Origin: Octopus vulgaris
Taxonomy: Eukaryota
Reading direction: 5' to 3'
Length of the DNA stretch: 64,000 bases
NCBI GenBank assembly: GCA_951406725.2
Contig: OX597830.1
Location: 16,802,001 to 16,866,000, forward strand
Shown piece after piece: positions 13,155 to 27,112 of the stretch (positions are counted from its first letter, which is position 1; each line of letters opens with the position of its first letter). The position numbers and the translations under genes are program-made. Below the pieces are notes generated by a model, which searched no databases, had not been told where the DNA came from, and saw nothing but the letters and a program-made list of their open reading frames with translations.

Positions 13155-14209
13155 ACTACATATTTGTATATGTATGTATATGTGCGTGGGTGCAGACTAA
13201 GTCGCTGATCTTAGCTACATTATGTTTTTAATTGTAAAAAACAAGCCGCAGAATAACCCCTGAAAAAGATAAGTGGAGATGAGATTTCAAACCTGAACAG
13301 TTTTGCAAAATATTCTATTCATGGTGTTTGTATGAATTTTTAGTTCGGTGTCTTTTTCTGAAGTGTACTAAGAAAAACAGTTAAGTTTCCTCGCGTTGTT
13401 TATAATATCTGCTGGTTCACAGCTTGATAAAAAGATAGAATTTCTAAAAATACTACCTCTCTTTTAGATTGATAGCTTGTTTGTGTGGGATAAAACCTCA
13501 CTTGAACCCCTAATATCTTTAGTTTCGGTCATAGTCCTTTTAAAGCAACCCCAGCTTGAAGAATTGGTAGAAATCAGAAACCAAGCTGGTAATTTCCACT
13601 CTACGTCTTGTATGACTTTTACGTCGCTATTTTCTGTGAAATACTAATGACATGTTTGTGAGAAAATCAAGATATTTAGTCTAAACAACCCTGCCTTGAG
13701 TGTCATCACTAAGAGATGTTTATTGCTCAGTAACAAGCATTGATGGGATTTTTACTTCTCTATTTTTAAGAGAAAATATTAACGCAGTAGAAGTTGATAC
13801 GATTGAGAGTTCGCTACGATTATATTCCATAGTCCAATGTAGTGTGTTTGTTTAATGGTAGCAATTAATAGAACTACGGTTGATTGTATATTTAATTTCA
13901 CGACGATTTGACTGCTCTTAACGAAGATGCAATGATTTCGTAGCTGAATATAAGATATTGATATCCTGTACACAGACGTGCTGTGAATCATACCAAGAAG
14001 ATATGATATAACCTGGTTTTATTCGTTATTTCCTCGTTTATTTAACAGGATGTGGCTTTAAACAAGAAATAAAATTAGAATGCGGTTAATTTGTAATCTC
14101 TTATTCCAATTAAACTTTCTTTTGTAGGATTTAAAATACGAAATATCTGCACAGTGAACTAACTTGACACATAGAGTACCTTTGTCCTTACATATACACA
14201 TGTATACAC

Positions 14210-14590
14210 GGAGGCGCAATGGCCCAGTGGTTAGGGCAGCGGACTTGCGGTTATAGGATCGCGGTTTCGATTCCCAGACCGGGCATTGTGAGTGTTTATT
14301 GAGCGAAAACACCTAAAAGCTCCACGACGCTCCGGCAGGGGATGGTGGTGATCCCTGCTGTACTCTTTCACCACAACTTTCTCTCACTCTTACTTCCTGT
14401 TTCTGTTGTACAAAGGGGCCGGCTTTGTTACTCTCTGTGTCACGCTGAATATCCCCGAGAACTACGTTAAGGGTACACGTGTCTGTGGAGTGCTCAGCCA
14501 CTTACACGTTAATTTCACGAGCAGGCTGTTCCATTGATTCGGATCAACCGGAACCCTCATCGTCGTAACCGACGGAGTGCTTCCATCCAT
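14210..14590 (+). mobile_element. SINE family B, full length (tRNA-derived head)
   Basis: ggaggcgcaatggcccagtggttagggcagcgg (A box), ggtttcgattccc (B box), 3' end cgtaaccgacggagtgcttccat. Confidence 0.9.
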
Positions 14591-16589
14591 ATGTAACGGT
14601 AGATAGTGATTAGTTACACAATAATATGATGATGTCGGAGTCAACAGTTGTGACGATAATAATTTGTTACGATAATTGCATACTGTAGGATGTGAAAGAT
14701 GAACAATGCATGAAGTTTTAAGAAAGTATTCATTTACTATTACGTTACAAATACCTTGCCTCGACGGGCAGGTTATGATAAATCCAAAAGCATGCGAAGT
14801 AAAGTTTGTGTTTGTGCCCTCTTTATTGTTTAGTAGTAATTACAGAGAGAGAGATAGAATGATGTTATAAGAGAAAAGAATTAGAGCTAGTGAGAGTTGT
14901 AGGGTGTGGGATTTAACTCACAGTTGCTGACAGTAAACTTCATTTCTCCCTCCGACCAATGTTCTAGCTGGTCAGTCAGACTTCGTTGAGTTGTCACCGT
15001 GTGACTGGACTCGTTGAGTCGTCACCGATTGTGACTAACTGATTTTTGCTTGGGTGTGCTTGCTTTTATAACTATCCAGAAGGATAGACATATCATTAAA
15101 AACAATAGATTTAGTTGGTGGTCTTGCTATCTCTATTCTAGCTTTTGGTGAAGTAGAAGAGGTCAGAAAGGGTCAAGTGGTGAAGACATTATTTCGTTCT
15201 AGCTAAAGGATCTGGAAAATGTAAAACTGCTGTCAGAGTTTCACCGTGGGAAAAGTTCTGTTGCAGTGTTAATTTAAATTTGGCTATGGTGGATCGAATC
15301 CCCTTCATGCATGCAAGATTCACATACATACATACATACATACATACATACATACATACATACATACATACATACATACATACATACACACACACACATA
15401 CATACATACATACATACATACATACATACACACACACACATACATACATACATACATACATACATACACATACACATACATACATACATACATACACACA
15501 CATACACATACATACATACATACATACATACACACACGCACAAATATACATTCACACGTACATACAAATACACATAAATGCGAGCATGCATACATGCATA
15601 CACACACACATACACACATGCAAATATACATACATACACACATAGGATCACACGCTCATTTATTCATACAAACGCACATGCATGCATGCATCCATGCATA
15701 CAAACATGCATGCATACATATCATACATAAACATAGCGTCGATGTCGGTCTGTTAGTCAATACAGAGGAACATTCACCCTTGCATATACGAAATATTGTC
15801 TCCTAAATATTTACGATGAATACAAGCCTCGTAAAATAAAAATTGTCTTCTTTGGATAAATGCATCTTCACTCGTTACGGAAGTCATCGGCCCCGGTGCC
15901 TTCAATTCCTGCAACACTTCTTGGTTGTTACGTTCATTTCATACAGGTGCTCAGATCTAAAAACCGAACCTTTCAGAATCCTCGTCTTTCTACATCAAGT
16001 AGTTTCATCCCCTACACTCTCAGCACTCAACTTATTCATCTGTCTTCCTGTAATCATCCACATGGGAACTTCGCCCGAACCACTGCACTCAATACTCCCT
16101 ACCAGTACATCGTCCTTTAAAAGAGCCCTCTATACTTCCTATATTTTTCTTACAACCGTCAACTTCTAGTAATTCAAGCAGCGTTAACGACTTCGATATC
16201 ACTGGTTTCGGAGGTTTGCAAAGATTCAGGGGCTGGTCCCTATCTCCAGACGAAACCTATGAAAAAATGTGCCTGTTTAAAAAAGATGATAGGCTTTCAT
16301 CAAAGGTCTATTCAAGCTAGGAATAACCAATAAAATTTCTCCTAATTCACATTTATGTGTATAATCCCTGATACAATACAGACAGACGGAAAGCCTTATA
16401 CTACACATTCTACTATCTTAAAAACGAATATCATCGCATAGAAAAACTAATATCAATTTCCTTTAAATCACACACACTCTACAAGCCGAGGTCATCTACT
16501 AAAGGTCGCGAAACTATCAAGATAGATTCCAGTGGACTTTTGAAGTGATTCAAAGCCTTTACTAATGATATAAAAACAAAAATAAAAGC

Positions 16590-18215
16590 TGGAGAATATC
16601 CTTCGATCGGTTATATGAAACGGGTGAAGAGTTTGTGGGACGTAAAATACTGTAATATTCTAATCTCTTGCATTTCAGCGCGACGCAGCTGAGCCAACGA
16701 GCTACGTTTGTTGAGAAGAAATGTATTACCCTATAAAGCAACTATTGAAAATGCACAGTAAATGACAGCATGAACAGCTGCCCTGTTGATTCAGCCCTCG
16801 GGAAAATTATCAAGATGAAAAAAATGATAGCAATTAAGTTAGTATTGCTGCCATCACAGAGACACCGTAGCCATTTATTAACAAACAGATATCAGTGAAG
16901 GATGCAATCTGAATCTTTTGTGTCATAGAAAAAGGCTTAAAGCACAGCACTTAGCAAAATCGCTATTTGCATCAACATACCACACGGCGAACGAATGGCT
17001 ATGATTCGAGTCGATAGAAAACCTACAGACTTGATGGTATCTGTAATCAATTGAGATGTTACTGAACACATTTTGAAACTTCCAGTTATGGACATTGAAT
17101 GTCTTAATGTATTATGTCGTAGTTACCAACTGCCACGAGATGGGAGTAATTGGAGTAGACCCCACAGATAACATAGAACCAAAATGAATCACTTCTCTCT
17201 CAATGTGTGTGTGTATGTATGTATGTATGTATGTATGTATGTATGTATGTACGTATGTATGTATGTGTGTATTTTTACCATTAAGACTATTCTGCAGAGA
17301 CCTGAATAAGTGGAAATCCAAAGGAGCAATATCTGGTGAATATGGAGGGTGGGGTAACACATCCCAGCCGAGCTGCAGCAATTTTTGTCTGGTTCCCAAA
17401 GCATCAAGTGCCGAAAATGAACTTTCTTATCTTTCATTTTAAATGATTACAGAATTAACACAGGTTATAAGAACATAAACCTTCTTCCACGAAAAGATAG
17501 CTTAAACTGTGCTCTAAATGGAAGTGTAGTCAAATCCTATTTTATGAACTCAACCATGTTCTAAAATAAGTCGAAAGGTAAGCTACTATAAATCGGTACG
17601 AACTTTCCGGGCAACCCAATATATGACATCAACAGTGAAACTTTCTCGGCGTTAATGGCAAAGCTACCGAATGGAAAATTAATTGAAATAGGCCAAACGT
17701 CGGATACCGATATAGAAAGCTCACGTTCTACAAAAATGCTGTGTTTGATGTATCAAATTGACAGACAGTAATCCCGGCTCAGATCCTGGAAACACATATG
17801 ACTAAAAACTACAGCCCCAAAGCATGATTAAATGTTACGTAAACTGTACAGAGGTTGCTTGAATATGTCTCTCTGAGATCGCCTTGAAACGATGTGGTGA
17901 CTGATGAACAGGAAAAGATGACAGAAGGGAGCGTGGCGCTGTGCCAAACAAGACATCGTCTGCAAAACTGTAATAAAAGGATATTTTAGGGTGAACTAAT
18001 GCGAAGCTAACCGCTCTTTTGCCCTGCCTATTGATTTTTATTTGTACCAATCCTAGTATTATGGGCGCAGTGGGTTATCTAACAAGAGGTTTACATAAAA
18101 AAGAACTGAGAATGCTAGAGTTGTCCAAGAAAGAACAAATCAAACCGATTCGCATCCTTTAAATCCAGTCGATTGAAGGTAGAGTGAAGATTTGTAAAAC
18201 GTTCTGAAGATTCTC
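16590..18215 (+). pseudogene. Decayed, internally deleted R4-like RLE non-LTR retrotransposon, interrupted by a mariner relic
   Basis: GYMKRVKSLWDVKY near 16610 (N-terminal region) and IMGAVGYLTRGLHKKELRMLELSKKEQIKPIRIL*IQSIEGRVKICKTF at 18058-18204 (RLE C-terminus). Confidence 0.6.
17271..17621 (-). mobile_element. Mariner transposon relic with a large internal deletion
   Basis: 5' TIR tattgggttgcccggaaagttcgtaccgattt; N-terminus [13 protein letters not shown] fused to [36 protein letters not shown] (mariner YSPDLAP motif). Confidence 0.9.
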
Positions 18216-18522
18216 CATATTAGGTCCTAGAATGAAAATATTCACACATTCTCATGTGCATGTATACATACATACATACATACATACATACATACATACA
18301 TACATACATACATACATACATACATACATACATACATACATACATACATACATACATACATACATACATACATACATACATACATACAATCATACATACA
18401 TACATACATACATACATACAAACATACATACATACATACACACACACGAATATACATACATACATACATACATACATACATACATAAATACATACATACA
18501 TACATACATGCATGCATACTTG

Positions 18523-18856
18523 TGAAGGCGCATGGCTCAGTGGTTAGAGCGTCGAGCTTACGATCGTGAGGTTGTGAGCTCGAATCCTGGTACGGGTTGC
18601 GTGTTGTGTTCTTGGGCAAGACACTTTATTTCCTGTTGCTCCAGTTCCCTCAGCTGTAGAAATGAGTTGCGACTTCACGGGTGCCAAGCTGTATCGGCCT
18701 TTGCCTTTCCCTTGGATAACATCGGTGGCGTGAAGAGGGGAGGTCGATATGCATGGGCGACTGCTGGTCTTCCATAAACAACATTGCCCGGACTTGTGCC
18801 TGGGAGGGTAACTTTCTTGGTGCAATCCCATGGTCAGTATCGTGACCGAAAGGGCT
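18523..18856 (+). mobile_element. SINE family D, full length (tRNA head, CORE-like cttgggcaagacactt)
   Basis: A box tggctcagtgg and B-box-like gctcgaatcc; homologs at 7213 and about 52365. Confidence 0.85.
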
Positions 18857-19037
18857 CGCAGAACATCCATGCATGCATACGTACTCACATACATGCATTC
18901 ATGTGTACATGACGGCTGTCGACTTGTTAGACGAGTATGACCATGACTGACTAAATGAAATGTATCACAGCATTACTTTAAAATAAAGTCTCAAAACTTC
19001 TGGAATGTATCGCGGATGTTCAGCAGTGACTACTAGT

Positions 19038-19420
19038 GGAGGCGCAATGGTCCAATGGTTAGGGCAGCGGACTCCCGGTCGGAGGATCGTGGTGTCAATT
19101 CCCAGACCGGGCGTTGCGTGTGTTTATTGAGCGAAAACACCTAAAAGCTCCACGAGGTTCCGGCTGTGGGTGGTGGCGACCCCTGTTGTACTCTTTCACC
19201 CCGACTTTCTCTCACTCTTTCTTCCTGTTTCTTGTCCCTGACTTCCTATGCAACCGATGAGCCTGGATGCGCATTCATCCATCCGTCGATGCTCTCGATG
19301 TCGGGGGTTGACCTGCTTTCTCTTCTGCGGGTCTTACGAATAGCAAAGGACCACGTTTCGGACTTCTCCCATCTTGCGAGCTCTGGGACGAAGACCGTTC
19401 GCTCAACAGCAACAGCAGTG
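19038..19420 (+). mobile_element. SINE with family B head and a different 3' body
   Basis: Matches family B to cttcctgtttct (about 19231), then unrelated sequence ending in a caacag repeat. Confidence 0.7.
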
Positions 19421-20988
19421 ACTACTTTTGGCCAGGCATAAAGACTCAAATTTGTGAAAGCGAGTAAATGTGTGCCAGGCCTTATCCAATTAATGTTGCC
19501 AACAAGCAGCTCATCAATTGTTTTATGACCATCGTCTACTTAATTTAACACCAATTACCGAGCGTTTTTTTTTAATACAGTTTCGTTCGTTGAGCAACTG
19601 AAAACAATAATTAGCAATTTGTTAAAATATTTTATTCATTTCTATCTTTAATTTTAAAATGTTCGCCGTTGTACTAACGCATTTGTCGGAATATTTTGTC
19701 GTGAGGTGTCGTTTGGTACTTGGTGATGGGGAAGAATGAAAATGTATTTCTAGGGTTGCGTGTAAAAAAAAATTAACATGGCCGCAGTCAAATGAGTGAA
19801 ACAAGTAAAAGAATAAAACAATAAAAGAATAAACACTCACGAACAATTAACAGAAGCTTTAATTACTGGAAATAGTGTTTTCTGCATTGGTCTTTTGATG
19901 AAAAATAACAGAGACAGTTACACACCGGGAGAGACATACTACTAGGGTCTATATAGCAATTGCGGCTGGCACATCGCAACTGGAAAATAAAGGTGCTATA
20001 TTATTCATGGCGACAAAAATCTGTGCTTTCTATCTGCCAACGGCTGGTGATGAAGTGAGAATGGAAGCGTCAAGCGGCTGCCTCAACATTCTATGGCAAG
20101 AGGTGAGGCGTGTGAATAAGTGGACCGGTTTCAAAATTCTGCGTGTGCCGTCCAGCTAGAGTGGTGGCGCATTTTGCTCAGCTGCCTTCCAGACACTCTG
20201 CAATGAGTTTTGGGGTGTTAAAACAGGTTTATATAAGGAACAAAGAAAAGGGTCTAGAAAGTCGAATCGCAAGACAGCTTGGCGCTGACTGGTCGGTTAA
20301 CCGGCCGATCACCTGAAACGATTGTGGCTAAGCCGTGATGTCTACTTGGCTATTCAGCAATTCGATTTCGAATCTGTTACAATATCATTCTTGTCTTTCT
20401 TCATTGTATGCTGTAATATAAACGTTATTTAACAAGAAAAGAGATGATGTACAGCGATAAAATATAACTGACCAATGCACTTCTGTCGTTAAAACTATCA
20501 CTTTTCATGAATTTCCCTTAAAGTTTTACAATTTAAACGTTTTCTCAGCACTTTGATAATTGAATCGTCGGTTTCTTCAAACGTATATGAAAAATATCCA
20601 AGTAAAGGAGATTAAACCGAACGCAACCATTTCTATTTGGATATTACATTTAGAATTACCTTACCTAATTTAAGCTTTAAAAACTTGTTTGATTTATATG
20701 TCTTGGACACCAACGAGGTGATCGCTTTTCTTTGTGCCGGAAAGTTTATCTAAAAACAACAATGTAAATATGTTGATACTCTAGGCGTGTTATTTTAGTG
20801 AATAAATAATGCCGACACGAAAGTTAAATTAAATATCATCTCCTTGACCTGTTTAGTTGTCTTTCACTATGTCTAACATCTAGAGCTTGTGCTAATGATG
20901 ATATTTTAAAATTTATTTTATGGACCCAATCAGTACCTAGCGTCTGTTTTTTAATGTTCTCTTCGCTGCTTTGTATCTAACCAGAAGT

Positions 20989-21162
20989 GGCGCAGGAGTG
21001 GCTGTGTGGTAAGTAGCTTGCTTACCAACCACATGGTTTCGGGTGGTTCAGTCCCACTGCGTGGCACCTTGGGCAAGTGTCTTCTACTATAGCCTCGGGC
21101 CGACCAAAGCCTTGTGAGTGGATTTGGTAGACGGAAACTGAAAGAAGCCCGTCGTATATATG

Positions 21163-21244
<82 letters not shown>

Positions 21245-21455
21245 TGTGTTTATCCCCCTAGCATTGCTTGACAACCGATGCTGGTGTGTTTATGTCCCCG
21301 TCACTTAGCGGTTCGGCAAAAGAGACCGATAGAATAAGTACTGGGCTTACAAAAGAATAAGTCCCGGGGTCGAGTTGCTCGACCAAAGGCGGTGCTCCAG
21401 CATGGCCGCAGTCAACTGACTGAAACAAGTAAAAGAGTAAAAGAGTAAAAGAGTA
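20989..21455 (+). mobile_element. SINE family A, full length
   Basis: ggcgcaggagtggctgtgtggtaag head, internal (TG)n, (AAAAGAGT)n tail. Confidence 0.9.
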
Positions 21456-21714
21456 ACCATCTGCATTACGAAGATGTTTAGAATATGAACCTGGAAATCA
21501 TCATCACGACCACCACGACCACCACCCTCCATTAGACTGTCCTCTCTATGTAATTTACTTTCTACCACGATGCAAAATAAAGTAACTTGGAAAGAAAAAT
21601 TCAGGGCGACATTTGATCTGCTCGACCAAGATTGATCTGACCTAAAAAAAAACAATAAAAATAGATTTCAAATTTTGATCTGACCTAAAAAAAAAAAAAA
21701 ACCAATAACAATAG

Positions 21715-22700
21715 ATTTCAAATTTTGACACAAGGCCAGAAATTTCGAGGGAGAGGCAAAGCCGATTACATCGACCCCAGTGCTCAACTAGCACTTATTT
21801 TATCGATCCCGAAAGGACGAAAAACAAAGTCGACCTCGGCGGAATTTGAAATCAGAACGTAAAGACGCGTGAAATGCCGCTAAGCAGTTTGCCCGGAGTG
21901 TTAACGATTCTGCCAGCTTACCGCCTTCTTGCATATGAAAATATTGGTTTCAAATTTTAGCACAAGGCCAGCAATTTCGGAGGAAAGGAGGGAGGGTAAG
22001 TCGATTACATCGACCCCAGTGCTCAACTGGTACTTACTTTATCGACCTTCGAAAGAAAAAAATGGTAAATTCAACAGTGGCAGAATTTGAACTCGAGGCG
22101 GGAAAACAGACGAAATGCTAAGCAATTTTGCCTGGCAGAGGGTAGATTAGATAGAGCAACAGCCTAAGTTCGAATTCCAGCGAGGTCGACTCTGCTTTTT
22201 ATCCTTCTGTGGCTCGATAAAATAAAGTACCAATCAAATAATGGTGTTCGTTTGATCAGCTGTTCCTTTCCTCCAAACTCTGTAGATTTCTACCGAAGTT
22301 AGAAATCAATATTACCATTTTATTTTTATTATTATTATTATTGTTGTTGTTGTTGTTATTATCATTATTGTTGTTGTTATTATTATTGTTGTTATTATTA
22401 TCATTATTGTTGTTGTTATTATCATTATTGTTGTTGTTATTATTGTTGTTGTTGTTGTTGTTGTCGTCGTCGTTGTTATTGTTGTTGTTATTGTTGTTGT
22501 TGCTATTATTGTTGTTGTTGTTGTTGTTGTCGTCGTCGTCATCATCATCATCATTACTATTATTATTGATTTTGTGGGGAAGGGGACAGTCGATCACATC
22601 GATCCTCAGTACTTAACTGGTACTTAATTTATCGACCCCGAAAGGATGAAAAGCAAAGTCGACCGCGGCGGAATTTGAACTCAGAACGCAAACGGCAGAA
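21715..22700. mobile_element. Cluster of SINE family C copies (21715-21928 -, 21945-22135 -, 22165-22240 +, 22575-22700 -) around a (TTG/TTA)n tract
   Basis: Repeated cgattacatcgaccccagtgctcaact and gaatttgaa motifs. Confidence 0.75.
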
Positions 22701-23046
22701 CGTTACGCTTTATTTCATTCGTCTGAAACACACAGATTGTGTTTGTACTTAATTAGAATATTAATAGAATGGATTGGGTTTGTAACACTGAGATGAAAAA
22801 TTGTTGATTGAGCCTACCTTATGTAGGACCCTTCGCTGTGTCTGCCGCGGCTTCCTGGATAGTAGAAGAGTTATTAGAAGTAAATACGTACGTTTCTATT
22901 TTGTCAAAGGGTTACTATAAGGGTTCGATTTCTGGTTGAGCAACTTTACTTCATTTAGCCCTTCGTACAAACCGAGGTGTATGGAGGTTACACAAAGCTA
23001 ATTTGTCAGCGATACATTAATGTAAGAAATCAATATTTAATGATAT

Positions 23047-23460
23047 CTCTCTTTTACTCTTTTACTTGTTTCAGTCATTTGACTGCGGCCATGCTGGAGC
23101 ACCGCCTTTAGTCGAGCAAATCGACCCCGGGACTTATTCTTTGTAAGCCCAGTACTTATTCTATCGGTCTCTTTTGCCGAACCGCTAGGTGACGGGGACG
23201 TAAACACACCAGCATCGGTTGTCAAGCAATGCTAGGGGGACAAACACAGACACACAAACATATACACACACACTTATATATATATATATATATATACGAC
23301 AGGCTTCTTTCAGTTTCCGTCTACCAAATCCACTCACAAGGCATTGGTCGGCCCGGGGCAATAGCAGAAGAAACTTGCCCAAGATGCCACGCAGTGGGAC
23401 TGAACCCGGAACCATGTGGTTGGTTAGCAAGCTACTTACCACACAGCCAATCCTGCGCCT
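23047..23460 (-). mobile_element. SINE family A, full length
   Basis: Complete reverse complement of the family A consensus. Confidence 0.9.
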
Positions 23461-23640
23461 ATATATATTTTTTAAAATCAATAATTGTGATAGTCAATTA
23501 GTTCACTTTTCCATCAATAAAATATCAGTCCTAATATCAAATTCAGAGAAATAACTAAGCTATAATGAGATTTATGTCTAGCTATACAAGATAACAAAAC
23601 ATTTGTGAAATATTCAATGCTCCCGCCGCTTACAACTGTA

Positions 23641-24291
23641 CGGGGGGGGGGGGATGCTGAAATGTTACTAGCTTTAATGGTAATGGTATCGCGAAAGGCA
23701 TGATTGGAAATACAACCTTCCGAGTTCTTTTACAGGGCTGAGAAAAATTGAAGGACCGTTGCAATAAGCGTGTGAATTTGAGAGGGAAATATGTTGGATA
23801 AAATCACAATAGGCGTAGGAGTGGCTGTGTGGTAAGTAGCTTGTTTACCAACCACATGGTTCCGAGTTCAGTCCCACTGCATGGCACCTTGGGCAAGTGT
23901 CTTCTACTATAGCCTCGGGCCGACCAAAGCCTTGTGAGTGGATTTGGTAGACGGAAACTAAAGAAGCCCGTCGGATATATATGTATGTATATATATATAT
24001 GTATGTTTGCGTGTATGTTTGTGTTTGTCCCCCTAGCATTGCTTGACAACCGATGCTGGTGTGTTTATGTCCCCGTTACTTAGCGGTTCGGCAAAAGAGA
24101 CCGATAGAATAAGTACTGAGCTTACAAAGAATAAGTCCCGGGGTCGAGTTGCTCGACTAAAAGCGGTGCTCCAGCATGGCCGCAGTCAAATGACTGAAAC
24201 AAGTAAAAAGAAAAAAGAAAGAAGAAAGAATTAACTGATCCTCCTGTATTTTCTTTTACCCAAAACCAGGAACTTTTCAGTCCCTCCCTCG
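23641..24291 (+). mobile_element. Mariner-derived MITE interrupted by a family A SINE
   Basis: Decayed TIRs ta|cggggg..atgctgaaatgttactagcttt and aaaccaggaacttttcagtccctccctcg; 23741-23800 encodes EKLKDRCNKRVNLRGKYVG*, resembling a mariner C-terminus. Confidence 0.65.
23812..24227 (+). mobile_element. SINE family A, full length, nested in the mariner MITE
   Basis: Full head-to-tail match to family A. Confidence 0.9.
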
Positions 24292-24609
24292 GATGTTGTA
24301 CAAACTAACGATGGCGCATCTACGTCATTTTCGTTAATTCTTTAGTCAGAAATGAGCGGTCAGAGCTCATGACCCTTTTCTGGAACTCTAGGACTGGTGG
24401 GAGAGTAGGCACCCATGGGTCACGGGGTTGTGTTTAGCTGGACAGTAGATTAAGTATATCACCCATTTATTTATTCTGTTTATATTAGTCGGACTGATAT
24501 CCTCATCTTGATTGTTGCTTTCACTACAATCGAGAAGAGGACAGCAGTCTGATTAATATAAAGAGTATCCATAATATAAATTTTTCATCTCAGTAATATA
24601 GAATTGTAC

Positions 24610-25326
24610 CACCCATTTAATCCACTGCGGTATTTGAACTCAGGACACAAAGAGTGGAACAAATACCACTAGGCAGTCTCCATTCGATATTCTTACTATT
24701 CAATGAGTCGACCGACTTACACTAGTTCTTTATTTATCGATCTGGGAAGGATTAAAGGCAAAGTTGACTCCGGCGAGAATTAAACTTAGAACGGAAGAGG
24801 CCGGTACAAATAACAGTTTCAAATCTTGACACAAGACCAGCAATTTCAGGGGGAAGGGGTTAGTCGATTACATCGACCCTGATGCTCAACTGGCATTTAT
24901 TTTATCGATCCTGAAAGTATAAAAGGCGAAATCCACCTCAGCAGGATTTGAACTCAGAACGTAAAGACAGACGAAATGCCGCAAAGCATTTTACTCGGCT
25001 TGCTAACGATTCTGCCAGCTCGCCGCCTTAGAGAACAGTATAAATAAGGATTTCAAATTTTGGCATAATGTCAGCAACTTCGGTGGGTGGGGTTAGTCGA
25101 TTACATCGACCCCAGTAGTTAACGTGTTCGTATTTTATCGACTCCAAAGGAATGGATGGCAAAGTCGACCTCAGCGCAATTTGAACTCAGATCGTAAAGA
25201 CGGACAAAATGCCGCTAAGCATTTTGCCCAGTGTGCTAACGATTCTGCCAGCTTGCTGCCTTAGAGGTCGATATCAATAATGCAAAATATTTCGCTCGAC
25301 GCTCTAACGTTCCTGCCAATTCGCCG
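24610..25326 (-). mobile_element. Tandem run of about four diverged family C monomers
   Basis: Repeated tttgaactcag..aaatgccgc.aagcattt..ctgccagct.gc.gcctt. Confidence 0.75.
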
Positions 25327-25782
25327 AAATTTTGTCCACATTGAAATTTGAAACAGTCTGCTTACGAAGTCTAGCAAAGAAGTCATTTGATTAAGACAGA
25401 AAAAAGAAACCACCTGGGAGAAAATACCAACAGTCAGTCAGTCCTTTGGCTAGTAAGATTGATTATCTGATAACAGTCAAACGGTGCTGCTACTAAAGAA
25501 TAAGCCCGTTGTCTGTACAAGTATTAATAAAGCTTACTGGACCTCCTTAGTTCCATACAAAACGAAAAGGAAAAAAAAAAAAAGGTTAATTACAGTAATT
25601 AAAGCTAACATTTCACCACCAGCAACCTTACCGTCTCTGTATCAGCAATTGTGGTTGATAACCTTTCTTAGGGGCGACATGGAGATTAGATTAATGAACC
25701 AACTTAAGGAATCATTGCCAGGAGATGATAGGGAATAGAAGTTGAGACATTCATTAAACACTTTATTATATCTTAAATGGTC

Positions 25783-25813
<31 letters not shown>

Positions 25814-27044
25814 GTGACTAAGATTAAGATGAAATCGTGGGGTGACTGAGACGAAAGAGAAGGCGTAGGTTAAATACTTTGATAAGGGGTTAATAAATAT
25901 GTAAAGACGAACGTTTCATTAGAGTTTGTTTAATCGGATTAAAAGCTTACTTCTATGCAGTTACTGCAGTATTAGCAGAGATCACATGTTACCTGCATAA
26001 AAAAAAGTATGCAACTATTCAAAGAGGGGGAAAACAAAGGCGACATTTAATCATCAGTGTGCTAATTAAGTGAACACGCGCAGCTGCATACAACGCTAAC
26101 ATAATGCCGTAGCGTAAGCATGTCTTTGTGTATTTGTTGTTATGAGCGTCGTCTATACGATTATTTATATTCAAGCGTGTTTATTATGCCTGTGAGTTTA
26201 TTTACAAATCTATGTGTTTCGTTTCTGCGTGTATACGAATGTGTTTGCTTTTTGTAGTGGCGTATGTGTCTGGTTTCGGAGTCGATGTTTGTGTGAATTT
26301 TATTTGTGTGTGTGTGTTTGCATGCGTCGATGCATGTTCGTTCGTATATGTGAGAATGACAGGGAAGAAGAGAAAGTTCTGTACGTGCATGCTTGTTTGA
26401 ATTTTTTGGGGGTATGTGTATATTCTGTGTGAAAGCATAGATTGAATGTCAAAATCGATGCGCGCGTATCCGCACGCAGACGCACGCATGCGCGCACACT
26501 CGTATACATACACACATACACATATATACACAGACACATACACACGTGGAGATGGGGAAGAGAAATGGGTGGGGAGAGAGATCACAAATGTCACAGCAAT
26601 GCTCTAATTTCTGTTCACTGTCGGATCAACAGAAAAGATAATGAAAACCATTCAAAAACAACAAAATGGCAACAATCGACATTTGATGTTGTATGTATGT
26701 ATGTATGCATGTATGTATGTACGTATGAATGTATGTTTTATGTATGTATGTATGTATGTATGTATGTATGTATGTATGTATGTATGTATGTATGTATGCA
26801 CGTATGTATGTATGTGTGTATGTATGTATGTATGTATAGATTGCTTTTATACATAAATTTACAAAAAAAGAACATTAAGATATATATACACATATATATA
26901 TAAATTATTTTCGTATTTAGCTTTAAGAAACATTTGTGAGTGTATATGTGTGTGTGATGTATGTGTGTTTGTGTGTGTGTGTGTTACTGTTTTGTTTTAT
27001 TTTGCTTGTGTTAAGTTATATATAAAACCAATTTAGCAGGGTTG

Positions 27045-27108
<64 letters not shown>

Positions 27109-27112
<4 letters not shown>

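Noticed and set aside
14730-15100. Possible solo LTR with internal direct repeats (also 19920-20450 and 40255-40535)
   Set aside because: No TG..CA termini with TSD could be defined.
17901-17920. CTGATGA..GAAA as another hammerhead
   Set aside because: No stem II between the boxes; lies within a LINE relic.
25560-26120. Cluster of TAAT motifs as a possible enhancer
   Set aside because: Expected by chance in AT-rich DNA; needs conservation data.
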